A DNA stretch of 64,000 bases from an uncultured delta proteobacterium (GCA_963827685.1 CAWHBU010000003.1:96001-160000); one strand, 5' to 3'; shown: positions 30,942 to 40,966, counted from the stretch's first letter. The notes: generated by a model from the sequence alone, not told the origin. Program-made: numbers and translations.

Positions 30942-31675
30942 AGAAGGGTTCTTGTCTGGAAGTGAAAGGGATTACGAAACATTTTGGAGGACTCTACGCA
31001 AATGACGACATCGATTTCTCTGTCGAGGAAGGAGAGATTGTAAGCATTATCGGCCCGAACGGAGCGGGAAAATCGACGCTATTTAACTGCATTACGGGTT
31101 TTTATCCACCCAACAGCGGGAAGGTATTCTTTTTCGGAGAAGAGATCACCCATCGAAGGGCGGATACCATCTGCAAAAGGGGGGTGGCAAGAACCTTTCA
31201 GGTCGTTCAGATTATCGGAGATATGACGGTTCTGGAAAATGTGACGACAGGGGCACTGCTCCGTTATACGAAAATAGGTCACGCCAGAAGAAAGGCTGAA
31301 GAAGTGTTGGCCTTTACCGGTCTGGTAGAGAAGAAAAACTTCCCTGGGATGGCGCTGACCATTGCAGATAAAAAGAGACTGGAAGTGTCGATGGCCTTGG
31401 CCACTCAGCCAAGGCTGCTCATGCTCGACGAATCGATGGCAGGGCTTACGGTTGTCGAGCTTAGAAAGATGATTGACCTGATCAAAAGTATTAGGAAAAA
31501 CGGGATGACCCTCATTGTTGTGGAGCATGTGATGGAGGCCGTCATGGAGATATCCGATCGTGTGGTCGTCTTGAATTCAGGAAAAAAGATCATGGAAGGC
31601 TCTCCGAAGGAAGTGGTTTGCCACGCAGACGTCATTCAAGCCTACCTGGGGGAGCGGTATGTTGTCAGTCAATAA
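30938..31675 (+). CDS. Liv-type ABC ATPase (LivG-like)
   Basis: GPNGAGKST, ARTFQ, LLMLDE, VEH. Confidence 0.9.
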   Translation: MKKGSCLEVKGITKHFGGLYANDDIDFSVEEGEIVSIIGPNGAGKSTLFNCITGFYPPNSGKVFFFGEEITHRRADTICKRGVARTFQVVQIIGDMTVLENVTTGALLRYTKIGHARRKAEEVLAFTGLVEKKNFPGMALTIADKKRLEVSMALATQPRLLMLDESMAGLTVVELRKMIDLIKSIRKNGMTLIVVEHVMEAVMEISDRVVVLNSGKKIMEGSPKEVVCHADVIQAYLGERYVVSQ

Positions 31676-32363
31676 TATTTCTGTCGGTTATAAGGGCCTT
31701 CTAGCAATCCAGGACGTCTCCTTTCATGTGGATCAGGGGGAAGTCGTCAGCCTCATCGGTTCCAACGGCGCCGGAAAATCGACCATTCTGAAGACCATTT
31801 CAGGTCTTTTGCATCCGGAGAAAGGAGAAATCCTACTCGATCATCATCCTATCCATGAGACGCCAACCTATGACATCGTGAAGAAAAAGATTTCGATGAT
31901 TCCGGAAGGCAGGCGGCTGTTTGGCAGGCTATCCGTCTTGGACAATCTCCTCCTGGGTGCCTATGTTCTCAATTCCAAAGAGGAGATAGAGAATGCCCTC
32001 GAGAATGTATTCAACATTTTCCCCATCTTGAAGGAAAGGAAGAGCCAACGCGCCGATACCTTCAGCGGCGGGGAACAGCAGCAATTAGCCATTGCAAGGG
32101 GATTGATGTCAAGTCCCTCGCTCCTGATGCTGGATGAACCTTCCCTGGGGCTCATGCCCAGATTAGTTTCCGAGATCTTTCATATCGTCCGTGAGATAAG
32201 CCAGAAGGGCGTGACTGTACTCCTTGTCGAACAGAACGTTTTTGAAGCCTTGCAGATATCACATCGAGCCTATGTCCTTCAGACAGGCCGTATCGTCCTT
32301 GAAGGTAGGGGAGACGAGCTGATCAAATCCGACCTTGTAAGAAAAGCCTATCTCGGTATGTAA
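31659..32363 (+). CDS. Liv-type ABC ATPase (LivF-like)
   Basis: GSNGAGKST, PEGR, SGGEQQ, LDEPSLGL, VEQN. Confidence 0.9.
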   Translation: MLSVNNISVGYKGLLAIQDVSFHVDQGEVVSLIGSNGAGKSTILKTISGLLHPEKGEILLDHHPIHETPTYDIVKKKISMIPEGRRLFGRLSVLDNLLLGAYVLNSKEEIENALENVFNIFPILKERKSQRADTFSGGEQQQLAIARGLMSSPSLLMLDEPSLGLMPRLVSEIFHIVREISQKGVTVLLVEQNVFEALQISHRAYVLQTGRIVLEGRGDELIKSDLVRKAYLGM

Positions 32364-32428
32364 TGTCATCAGGAACGTTGACCCCAAGAAAGGTGCACTA
32401 ACCGGACGGCCTATTCTCAGAGGTGCGG

Positions 32429-33739
32429 ATGCAGATTATTATGAAGTATGGAAGAAAAGGATTGGCGATTGAACTCCCGGAGGGTCTCAAAGTAGATGTG
32501 ATAAAGAAAAAGGCAATGCCAATCCTCAAGGACCCTGCGGCAGCACTGAGATCTGGGTTATCACACCCTGTTGGGTGTAAGCCTCTGGCGAAAGAGGTAA
32601 GGGGAATCAAAAATATCTGCATAGCGATCTGTGATATTACGAGACCTGTGCCTCACGGGATCGTGTTGCCCGTCCTCATTCAGGAGTTGATCGACGCCGG
32701 TGTGAATCCGGCCTCTATCACGTTGCTCATAGCAACGGGTCTTCACCGACCGAACGAAGGGGAAGAACTTCGGGAATTGATTGGGAGCGATTGGGTCCTC
32801 GAAACCGTGCGAGTCGTAAACCACTTTGCGAAAAATGACGAAGACCATGACTATCTTGGGATTACCCCCCGGGGAATGCCCGTCAGGATAGACAAACGGT
32901 TTGTGAATGCAGAGATGCGCATCGCTGTCGGATTGATTGAACCTCACTTTATGGCGGGTTACTCAGGGGGAAGAAAAGTGATTGTGCCGGGAATCGCACA
33001 TCAGGATACCATCCGGGCACTGCACTCAACGAGGATGCTCGAAAATGAGGGCGTGGCCAACTGCAGACTGGACGGCAATCCAGTCCATGAGGAGCAAATG
33101 GCCGTCGTCAAGATGGTGGGCAGGAGTCTTGCGTTAAATACAGTGATCGATGAAGACCGTAGACTATCTTTCGTAAATTTTGGCGACATCGAGAAGAGTT
33201 ATCTCGCCGCTATTGCCTTTGCCCGACCCTATTTTGAAATCCCCGTTGCACGAAAATATAATACAGTCATCACCAGTTCCGCAGGCTACCCCCTGGATCG
33301 AAACTATTATCAGACGATAAAAGGCATGGTGGGTGTGGCAGATATTGTCGAGCCGGGGGGCAATCTTTTTATCGTCTCAGAATGCTCCGAGGGATTGGGT
33401 ACCCCGGAATATGCCGAGTCACAGGCCAGGTTAATCAATGTTGGAATGGAGAGATTCCTCGAAGAAACCTCGCAGAGGCAGTTTGCCTCTATCGATGAAT
33501 GGGAATCCATCATGCAAATCAAGGCCATGAAGACCGGAACCATACACCTTTATAGTGAATGTCTCACGAAGGAAGAACAGGCACTGACAGGCGTTAAGGT
33601 AATCACATCCCTGACGGAAGCGATCAAAAGAAGCGTGGAGGAGAAAAAGGATAACCACGTGGCCGTCGTACCTGAAGGTCCTTACGTCATATCTCTTTAC
33701 AGACCCGGAAATAAAAAGGGATACAACCTGAACGATTGA
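32429..33739 (+). CDS. Nickel-pincer lactate racemase family protein (LarA homologue)
   Basis: DITRP, ATGLHR, EPHFMAGYSGGRK..PG, YQT.KG. Confidence 0.85.
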   Translation: MQIIMKYGRKGLAIELPEGLKVDVIKKKAMPILKDPAAALRSGLSHPVGCKPLAKEVRGIKNICIAICDITRPVPHGIVLPVLIQELIDAGVNPASITLLIATGLHRPNEGEELRELIGSDWVLETVRVVNHFAKNDEDHDYLGITPRGMPVRIDKRFVNAEMRIAVGLIEPHFMAGYSGGRKVIVPGIAHQDTIRALHSTRMLENEGVANCRLDGNPVHEEQMAVVKMVGRSLALNTVIDEDRRLSFVNFGDIEKSYLAAIAFARPYFEIPVARKYNTVITSSAGYPLDRNYYQTIKGMVGVADIVEPGGNLFIVSECSEGLGTPEYAESQARLINVGMERFLEETSQRQFASIDEWESIMQIKAMKTGTIHLYSECLTKEEQALTGVKVITSLTEAIKRSVEEKKDNHVAVVPEGPYVISLYRPGNKKGYNLND

Positions 33740-33870
33740 TGGAACCTCCTTCCGGTCCGTGATCAACAATCTCCCTGAGATCATAATCATGAAGACCTGA
33801 GTCAAGGAAACAGATTCGACCCCAGAAGACGCCCAAGACACAATGGATACACTAAAGAGAAAGAAAGGAG

Positions 33871-34278
33871 ATGAACATGGCAATTGCTTCGAATATCCGC
33901 CCAGGTGACGACCCCGTTGAGGTTTCCAAAAAACTCGTCGGCCAAACGCGAACTCAATTAATGAAAGAGCTGCTCGCTTACTTTGATATACCGGCCAATA
34001 TCATCAATCACGTGTTCGGCAATCTCTATGCGCGCGACGTACTGACGCAGCGGGAGCGGGAACTCTGCGCAGTGGCCGCATTGTGTGTTTTGAATCGTGC
34101 CAATGAACTGAAGAGCCACATCATTGCTGCGGTCCGTACCGGGGCCACCAAGGCAGAGGTGGCTGAAGTGATCCTCCAGATGTCCACCTACGGCGGCATG
34201 CCGGTTTGCCTCGAGGGCCTGGAAATCGCCAGACAGGTCTTTGAAAAGAGTACGGCATCGCCGGTAAAGAAAAAATAA
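33871..34278 (+). CDS. Carboxymuconolactone decarboxylase-family protein
   Basis: FG.LY.R..L..REREL...A, H...A...G....EV..Q...YGG.P. Confidence 0.8.
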   Translation: MNMAIASNIRPGDDPVEVSKKLVGQTRTQLMKELLAYFDIPANIINHVFGNLYARDVLTQRERELCAVAALCVLNRANELKSHIIAAVRTGATKAEVAEVILQMSTYGGMPVCLEGLEIARQVFEKSTASPVKKK

Positions 34279-34531
34279 GGTTTCTCCGCCCTGGAATAAT
34301 AGAAGCATTATACATTGCTCAGAAAATAACCCCGCAAAATACTCCTCTCCCCTCGGTGGGAGAGGATAGAGGTGAGGGGGGACACGATTTGGACATTCAC
34401 CCCCACCCTCGCCCTCCCCCATCGAAGGGGGAGGGGACAAACGGAGTCAATTCTCATGGTTCCAGGGTGACGAACCCGTCATGAAAGATTGTTTTACTCT
34501 TTGTCTAAATCAAAAAAGAGGGTGGCCACTC

Positions 34532-35422
34532 ATGAAGTTGCTAAGAACCCCTGATGAAAGATTTAAAGGATTGCCAGGTTATCCTTTTAAACCACACTAT
34601 GTTGAAGTCGAGGGGGTAAGAATTCATTACGTTGATGAAGGCCATAATGACTGTGAGACAGTATTAATGATGCATGGCGAACCCTCGTGGTCGTATCTCT
34701 ACAGAAAAATGATACCTGTCGTGGTTGGGTCCGGATACCGCGTCATCGCTCCAGACCTGGTTGGATTCGGAAAATCAGATAAACCGGCGGAGATGAGCGA
34801 TTATTCATATCAAAAACATGTCGGCTGGATGACCGGACTCATCACATTACTTGATTTAAGGAATATTACGCTGGTATGCCAGGACTGGGGTGGTTTGATC
34901 GGACTGCGCATTGCCGCCGAACACGAAGAACGATTTAAACGGATATGCGTCTCAAACACAGGTTTGCCAGCCGGAAAAGGAGAGCCATCAGAGGCTCTTC
35001 TCGCGTGGCGGGAATATTCTCAAAAAACACCTGATTTCAATACTGGCGAAATCGTTAACAGGGCCTGCGTGAATAAACTCGTACCGGAAGTGATTGCCGC
35101 CTACAATGCTCCCTTCCCCGATGATTCATATAAAGCCGGTGCAAGAATTTTCCCGACGCTGGTCCCCACATCGCCTGATGATCCGGCTGTGCTGGCGAAT
35201 CTAAAAGCGTGGGATGTTCTTTCACGGTGGGAGAAGCCTTTCCTCACTGCTTTTAGCGATTCAGATCCCATCACGAAAGGCGCCGATGCCCATTTCCAAA
35301 AAACCATACCCGGGACAAAGGGAATGAAGCACACAACGATCATGAACGCCGGCCATTTCGTTCAGGAAGATAAGGGTGGGGAATGGGCTCGGATCATCGT
35401 GGAATTTATCCGCGAGAATTAA
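34532..35422 (+). CDS. Haloalkane dehalogenase (HLD-I-like alpha/beta hydrolase)
   Basis: LRTPDERF, HGEPSWSYLYRK, QDWGG, GHFVQED. Confidence 0.88.
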   Translation: MKLLRTPDERFKGLPGYPFKPHYVEVEGVRIHYVDEGHNDCETVLMMHGEPSWSYLYRKMIPVVVGSGYRVIAPDLVGFGKSDKPAEMSDYSYQKHVGWMTGLITLLDLRNITLVCQDWGGLIGLRIAAEHEERFKRICVSNTGLPAGKGEPSEALLAWREYSQKTPDFNTGEIVNRACVNKLVPEVIAAYNAPFPDDSYKAGARIFPTLVPTSPDDPAVLANLKAWDVLSRWEKPFLTAFSDSDPITKGADAHFQKTIPGTKGMKHTTIMNAGHFVQEDKGGEWARIIVEFIREN

Positions 35423-35596
35423 GTTTCATGGATCAATCAGACCGGGGGGCAAATATATCATGGTATTTCTTAGATGGGCAACAAGGGTTATGCTTGAAAA
35501 ACTAATGTGAAGAAAATGGGTTGTCTCATCCTTTGCAGGGAGGCTTCACGTTAGTGCACATTTCTCCGCGGAACAGGGAGCGAGAAAGGGAAATAT

Positions 35597-36118
35597 ATGA
35601 CTCACCACCATGCGCAGACGAAGGTACAACAACAGAGGAACGATCTTACTGGCGAGCATGCAGTGGGTGATGCCGGCCAGATCGTGTTAGGCTGTCTCTT
35701 TGCGGTAATCTGGATAGCTGACACATTCTTTGTCCAGTCCACAATTTTCCTCAACCAGCATGTGCCACTAAGTGCCAGAATACCTGCTGGAATCATTCTG
35801 CTGGTTCTGTCAGGCTATTTGGCGAAAACGGGGATGTCTATTGTGTTCGGCGAAGGAAGAGAGACACCTGGTGTCATTCGGAAGAGTGTGTTTAATGTTG
35901 TGCGCCATCCGATATACCTGAGCGAGATTCTACTTTACTTAGGTCTCCTGCTTTTAAGCATATCGCTCGCTGCTACAGTGGTTTGGCTTATCGCAATCGG
36001 GTTCTTGCATTACATATCTCGTTACGAAGAAAGACTGCTGCTTTCGCGTTTTGGCGAGCAGTATGAGCAGTACATGCGCGAAGTGCCAATGTGGATCCCG
36101 CGGCTTCGGAAAAGATGA
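35597..36118 (+). CDS. Isoprenylcysteine carboxylmethyltransferase/PEMT-family membrane protein
   Basis: RHPIY, EE..L..RFGEQY..Y...VP.WIP. Confidence 0.82.
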   Translation: MTHHHAQTKVQQQRNDLTGEHAVGDAGQIVLGCLFAVIWIADTFFVQSTIFLNQHVPLSARIPAGIILLVLSGYLAKTGMSIVFGEGRETPGVIRKSVFNVVRHPIYLSEILLYLGLLLLSISLAATVVWLIAIGFLHYISRYEERLLLSRFGEQYEQYMREVPMWIPRLRKR

Positions 36119-36274
36119 TTGGTCACTCAGAACCATCCGACGCTTCAACGGCCTGCCGCCGAAGAGAAACTGGGGATTAAATTCTTATTCTTTATTTTAT
36201 TTCAACCTCGTTAAAGGATTCCGATAATGGCGAGACCTCTTTGTGTCAACATCCGAGATTTAGCCCCATCCTTT

Positions 36275-36392
36275 ACCCCGTTAGAAATAATGCCCCGCTG
36301 CTCTGCAGAGGGGTTGGGTTTTATAATAATTCCGGCGGGGTTTAATGCCCCGCTCGGTTTCGAGTCGCAACGACTGGAATTTCTAATGGGGT
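36275..36392. mobile_element. MITE with TIR accccgttagaaa
   Basis: Inverted near-copy of 53800-53947. Confidence 0.8.
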
Positions 36393-36434
36393 TTACTACG
36401 AGGTCGTCCTCTCACGTAGCATTGGAAAGGAATA

Positions 36435-36920
36435 ATGATGCCGGAACTTAATCCGAAACATGTGCAAACGGTAATAGACATTATAAACCGGGGACCATAT
36501 TTTAGGCACTTATCCATGCCTGTAAAAGACATAGGCATGGGATATTCGCTTGTTGAGCTTGAGATCGGGAATGAGCATTTAAACCCATTTGGTGGACTTC
36601 ACGGAGGAGTTTATGCTTCAGCGATCGATACAGCCGCCTATTGGGCAGTGTATTGTGAGCTTGATGAAGATGTCGGATTAATATCGCTTGATCTAAAGGT
36701 CGATTATCTTGCTCCGGCTAATGCGGGGAAATTGATTATCAAAGGACGCCGCATCAAAATCGGAAAAACAATTTGTTTGGCAGAAGCTACCGCTTTTGAT
36801 CAAAATGATAAATGGCTTGCTCATGGAATTTCAAAAATGATGGTGACTCAAGGTCTTCAGACAATAAAAGATGCTCTTAATTTCGTAGGGACTGGCTATC
36901 TCCCTCCAAAATTTATTTAA
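36435..36920 (+). CDS. PaaI-family thioesterase, in a gene-cassette-like position
   Basis: NPFGGLHGG....ID; followed 3 bp later by attC. Confidence 0.85.
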   Translation: MMPELNPKHVQTVIDIINRGPYFRHLSMPVKDIGMGYSLVELEIGNEHLNPFGGLHGGVYASAIDTAAYWAVYCELDEDVGLISLDLKVDYLAPANAGKLIIKGRRIKIGKTICLAEATAFDQNDKWLAHGISKMMVTQGLQTIKDALNFVGTGYLPPKFI

Positions 36921-36923
36921 TTG

Positions 36924-36996
36924 GCCTAACCTATCCTTCAACAAGCACTGGCAAAATCGCTGGCACCGTTTTTGACAGCCTGTTAAGGATGACGTT
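36924..36996 (+). other. Integron attC site, with R' interrupted by IS1182
   Basis: GCCTAAC-5nt-cttCaaca ... tgttaag-6nt-GTT: canonical R''/L''/L'/R' spacing with one extrahelical base. Confidence 0.8.
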
Positions 36997-38799
36997 GAGC
37001 CTGTAGAAAAAGTCTTAAAAGCATGATAAAATCGCCATATCAGTAGCGGCAAAGAGAGCGGAGACCGCTTAGGAGGGACTGGATGGCGAGATACAAAGAG
37101 TTTGATTATTCACAGGGAAAGTTCATACCGATCCACTTTGACCGACAGATCTTACCCGGGACGTTTGAGTATAGCCTTCATTACCTCATTGACAACGAGA
37201 TAGACCTGTCGATTTTTGATTGCCGGTACCGAAACGACGAGATGGGAGCGCCGGCCTACGATCCCACCATCCTATTAAAGATTATCCTGTATGCCTACTC
37301 ACGAGGAATTACCTCGAGCCGAAAGATAGCGCAGTGTTGTCAAGAGAATGTTATCTTCATGGCACTGTCGGCAGATACGCAGCCGCATTTTACGACGATC
37401 TCAGACTTCATTTCGACCTCGGGCCAGGAGATCATCCATCTGTTTCTAGAGATACTGTTGATCTGCGATGAGATGGGGCTGATCGGGAAAGAGATGTTTG
37501 CGGTGGATGGCTGCAAGCTGCCTTCAAACGCCTCGAAAGAATGGAGCGGGACGAAGAAAGAACTGGAGAAGAAAAGAGAGAAGATGGAGAAGGTGATCAG
37601 GCAGATTGTCAAGCGGCATCGGGAGGTGGATGTTACCGAGGCGGACCGGGGAGTGATGGAGCAAGAAGAGCAGTATGTGGAGACCCTTCGGGGGAAGGTA
37701 AAGAAGATAAAGGCATGGCTACGAGAAAACGAGGACAAACCTGGCAAGAGCGGTAAGCCCGTGAAGAGCAACATCACGGACAATGAGAGCGCCAAGATGA
37801 AGACCTCGCACGGGGTGATCCAGGGTTACGATGGGGTAGCGGTGGTAGACGGAAAGCACCAGGTGGTTGTACATGCGGAGGCATTTGGAGCAGCGCAGGA
37901 ACATGATCTTCTTCTTCCTATGCTCGAGGGGACGAGGGAGAACTTCGAGGCCGTCGGCATTAAACAGGATGTCTTCGAGAAAGCAAAGCTCACAGCGGAC
38001 AGTGGGTTTCATACCGAGGCGAATATGAAGGAGGTCATGGGGCAAGGGATCGATGCCTATATTGCAGACACGCAGTTTCGGAAGCGGGACCCGCGGTTTT
38101 CGGACGTTGACAAATACAAAGAGCAATTCAGAAAGGAGAGGGCTGAGTACTACGGAGTGGCCGACTTATACAGGCCACACAGGGATTTTACGATCAGCGA
38201 AGACAAGACTCATTGCATCTGTCCTGGGGGTAAGCGCCTGTATCGCAATGGGGGGAATGTGGTGGTCAACGGTCAGCGGGCCATCAAGTTTCATGGGAGA
38301 AAGACCGACTGTCGGATCTGCGGACTACGGGAGAGATGCCTGAGACATCCGGACAGAACGGAGGCAAGACAGGTGTACTTCTTTCAGGGGAGTGCGGAGT
38401 CGAAGCCGGAGACGTTTACCCAGAAGATGAAGCGCAAAATAGATTCGATAAAAGGCAGACTCATCTACAACAGGAGACTCGGAACGGCAGAACCTGTATT
38501 TGGGAATATTTGCTCTACCTTAGGGTTGAACCGATTTACCCTTCGAGGGAAACGAAAAGTGAACACCCAGTGGTTACTCTACTGTGCGGTGCACAATCTA
38601 TTTAAAGTGCATCGATACGGTCTGGAGCTTGCGTGAACGGAGCCGGATTGGGTGATAGGGTATTGGGGTAAGAAAAATATCATGAAAAGACGAACATTTC
38701 GCCAAGAATCGGAAAAACTTTTGATGACAGAAAATAATTTCCTATTTTTGATCCAGCAGAAGAAGCGGTTTTTAAAAAACCGACTTTTTCTACAGGCTC
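36997..38799 (+). mobile_element. IS1182-family element, second type, flanked by GTT duplication
   Basis: IRs gagcctgtagaaaaagtc / gactttttctacaggctc; GTT at 36994 and 38800. Confidence 0.9.
37083..38636 (+). CDS. IS1182-family transposase
   Basis: G.PAYDP..LLK..LYAY..G..SSR.I, P.FTTI..F, DG.K, ADSGF, EPVFG. Confidence 0.92.
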   Translation: MARYKEFDYSQGKFIPIHFDRQILPGTFEYSLHYLIDNEIDLSIFDCRYRNDEMGAPAYDPTILLKIILYAYSRGITSSRKIAQCCQENVIFMALSADTQPHFTTISDFISTSGQEIIHLFLEILLICDEMGLIGKEMFAVDGCKLPSNASKEWSGTKKELEKKREKMEKVIRQIVKRHREVDVTEADRGVMEQEEQYVETLRGKVKKIKAWLRENEDKPGKSGKPVKSNITDNESAKMKTSHGVIQGYDGVAVVDGKHQVVVHAEAFGAAQEHDLLLPMLEGTRENFEAVGIKQDVFEKAKLTADSGFHTEANMKEVMGQGIDAYIADTQFRKRDPRFSDVDKYKEQFRKERAEYYGVADLYRPHRDFTISEDKTHCICPGGKRLYRNGGNVVVNGQRAIKFHGRKTDCRICGLRERCLRHPDRTEARQVYFFQGSAESKPETFTQKMKRKIDSIKGRLIYNRRLGTAEPVFGNICSTLGLNRFTLRGKRKVNTQWLLYCAVHNLFKVHRYGLELA

Positions 38800-39024
38800 G
38801 TTATCCTCTCCCCCAATCTAAAATCAACAGCTCTTAACGTAGATTGATCTCCAAACTTTGTAGCTGGAAGAGGCAGCCCCCTTTTTTAATTCTTTATATA
38901 GAGACTTATGTTGACACAACAATCCGAGAGGTGTATTCTGTAAACCAGATAGTGCTCGAACACGGGGAGGCACTGAAAAAACATTAGACAAATTCACGAC
39001 TCCTGAAGATGTGACCCTGTTGCA
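38800..39024 (+). repeat. Segment B followed by segment A, with promoter TTGACA-17-TATTCT (38911-38939)
   Basis: Homologous to 23464-23652, 40439-40571 and 41023-41115. Confidence 0.8.
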
Positions 39025-39111
39025 TCTCCTGTTGCATTCCCTAATAGTCCCCAGGGAGGTCAAGAAAGGTGAAGGTGCTATTTCTTAGTTTCACGAAGAC
39101 AAGGCGGGTTG

Positions 39112-39561
39112 TTAGAGATTGAGCAATTGGAAAAAAGTCCCCCAATTAATAAATTGATGTTTTACCGACAAATCTTTTTCCCTTATTTTCATCAGGCCCA
39201 TACGGTTCATGCCAAAGCCTGACTTTATATTTTTTAAGTCATCGCGAGAGACGAGGAATCCTAATGGGTGGTTCTTGCTTTCAGACTGTGTCAGAAGAAT
39301 GACAGCCCAATCCATATTTTCCGGGGAAATAAAATGAGAAATTTCTTGCCAAGGTGAAGGCATTTCGAAAAACTCTTTGCCGTGTTTCGCATGAATGAAT
39401 AAGAAATGGGTTTTACTTTTAATGTAAAAACGGTAAAGCTGTGCATGTCTTCTTATTAATTTTAGATCGAACTTAACCCTCTTTTGTCCTAAGGCAGTTC
39501 TTAAGTTCGATAAAAATTCATTAGCTAATTCTTTAGAGGCTTCTGCTGGCACTTCTTTCAT
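39112..39561 (-). CDS. Hypothetical protein
   Basis: 149-aa AT-rich ORF; no family recognised. Confidence 0.6.
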   Translation of the reverse strand: MKEVPAEASKELANEFLSNLRTALGQKRVKFDLKLIRRHAQLYRFYIKSKTHFLFIHAKHGKEFFEMPSPWQEISHFISPENMDWAVILLTQSESKNHPLGFLVSRDDLKNIKSGFGMNRMGLMKIREKDLSVKHQFINWGTFFQLLNL

Positions 39562-39723
39562 CCCATCCTAATACCCGGGTTGATCTATAGGTACCTTTGA
39601 GAGCTACCGCTATTCCGTCAATTCATTTATCAACAGAATAAACAACCGGAATTTTCCTTTAAGCCCGTCTGCTGATACAGGGAGGTTCTGTTGAAAGATG
39701 GAAAACGGATGCCAAAATTTTGT

Positions 39724-39760
39724 AAAGAAAGAGAAGCCAACTCATCCGCTGGCTTCCCTT
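39724..39760 (-). terminator. Intrinsic terminator of csp
   Basis: gaagccag...ttggcttc followed by a pyrimidine/T-tract on the minus strand. Confidence 0.7.
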
Positions 39761-39767
39761 TGAGGGC

Positions 39768-39968
39768 TCAAACTATTTTTACATCAGTGGCATTAGGGCC
39801 TTTGGGGCCTTGGGTGGTTTCGAATTCAACCTCGTCACCCTCCTTCAGGGATTTGAACCCCTCCCCCGTGATTGCCGAGTGGTGAACAAACACATCTTTA
39901 GCTCCTTCCACTTCGATAAATCCAAAGCCCTTCTGATCGTTGAACCACTTTACTCGTCCTCTTGACAT
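39768..39968 (-). CDS. Cold-shock protein
   Basis: G.VKWFN..KGFGFI, DVFVH.S.I...GFKSL, GPKGP.A..V; RBS ggagg. Confidence 0.95.
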   Translation of the reverse strand: MSRGRVKWFNDQKGFGFIEVEGAKDVFVHHSAITGEGFKSLKEGDEVEFETTQGPKGPNATDVKIV

Positions 39969-39984
39969 AATAACCTCCATTTGA

Positions 39985-40204
39985 ACTTAAGTTGAAATAA
40001 AAAACCCGCCAAAGAGGGAAACTCACTCTTTGCGGGCTTCCTTTTTTTCGAAGCCCGCTTTGCCCAAAGAGCTTTTGCTCCTTGGTCTCTTATCATTCCC
40101 GCCTCAAAGGTTTTACCCTTTTTGGCTCTACTGATAAGATTGCGGGTTTAGAAAAACCTCTATTGTCTTACTTATTTTATAACACAAGAAAGGGATTTTG
40201 GCAA
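39985..40204 (-). promoter_or_regulatory. csp promoter (TTGCCA-17-TATAAA) and structured ~190-nt leader with terminator/antiterminator
   Basis: Mutually exclusive hairpins and a U-tract upstream of the RBS. Confidence 0.65.
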
Positions 40205-40438
40205 TGAGATGAGATGGATAAAATTCTTTTAAATAATATTCATTGGAGTTCGCGTCAATCCAGACCTTCCTGAACAAAGGGACTGTCTATGTGGTCGAGC
40301 CAACACCCCCCCATTCCGTGGAGCAATATAGTGATCCATCCTTTAATTGAATTTTGAAGGTTTTTACCCTAGCCGCTTTCTATCCCTGGTTTTCGGGTCT
40401 CTTTTCAAGACCTTCTTTCAAGCTTCGGAAACATGCAA

Positions 40439-40571
40439 ACTTATGTTTGACATAGAAATCTGAGAGGTGTATTCTGTGAATCAGGAAATACCCGAACACG
40501 GGGAGACACCGAAAAAACATCGGACAAATTCATGCCATCTGAAGATGTGTGAACATCTAAGATTTGATCCC
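40439..40571 (+). repeat. Segment A, copy 3, with promoter TTGACA-17-TATTCT (40447-40475)
   Basis: Homologous to 38904-39024. Confidence 0.8.
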
Positions 40572-40600
40572 ACTTTTTTTGGAAAAATGGAGGCTTAGGC

Positions 40601-40966
40601 ATGGTAAGACGATTTAGTGATGAACCGATTCTCCCAATGCGTGCTCTTCAAATATGGCAAATTTTGATAAGTGCTGCACGCAATCGACAAATTCTAACCT
40701 ACGGTATTCTGGCGAGCATGCTTGGATATGAACGTGCGGGCGTCCTCGCACAACCCCTTGGACACATAATGTACTATTGTCAACAAAATGAACTGCCACC
40801 ACTAACTATCTTAGTTGTTAACCAGGATACGGGGGTTCCAGGCGAAGGATTAACAGGTGCCGATCTTAATGCGGACAGAGAGTCTGTATTTCGTTACGAT
40901 TGGTACTCGATAATTCCCCCCACTCCAGAGGAATTCCGCGAAGCATACACGCGCGGGCAACAGTAG
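40601..40966 (+). CDS. Hypothetical winged-helix-like protein in a cassette-like position
   Basis: TYG.LA...LG.I..YC....LPPLT.LVVN..TG.PG.G; RBS ggagg; followed by GCCCAAC. Confidence 0.75.
   Translation: MVRRFSDEPILPMRALQIWQILISAARNRQILTYGILASMLGYERAGVLAQPLGHIMYYCQQNELPPLTILVVNQDTGVPGEGLTGADLNADRESVFRYDWYSIIPPTPEEFREAYTRGQQ

Noticed and set aside
36119-36165. attC after the ICMT-family gene
   Set aside because: There is a GTTAGTG upstream at 35550 and a cactcagaac remnant, but no pairing L arms or R'; too degenerate to call.
36227-36451. ORFs at 36227 and 53762 sharing FTPLE.MPRCSA...GFESQRLEFL
   Set aside because: The similarity comes from translating the same MITE.
40085-40142. SAM-I riboswitch suggested by tcttatca...tgataaga
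   Set aside because: The interior lacks the SAM-I core (kink-turn, GCAACC, GTGC), and the downstream gene is csp.
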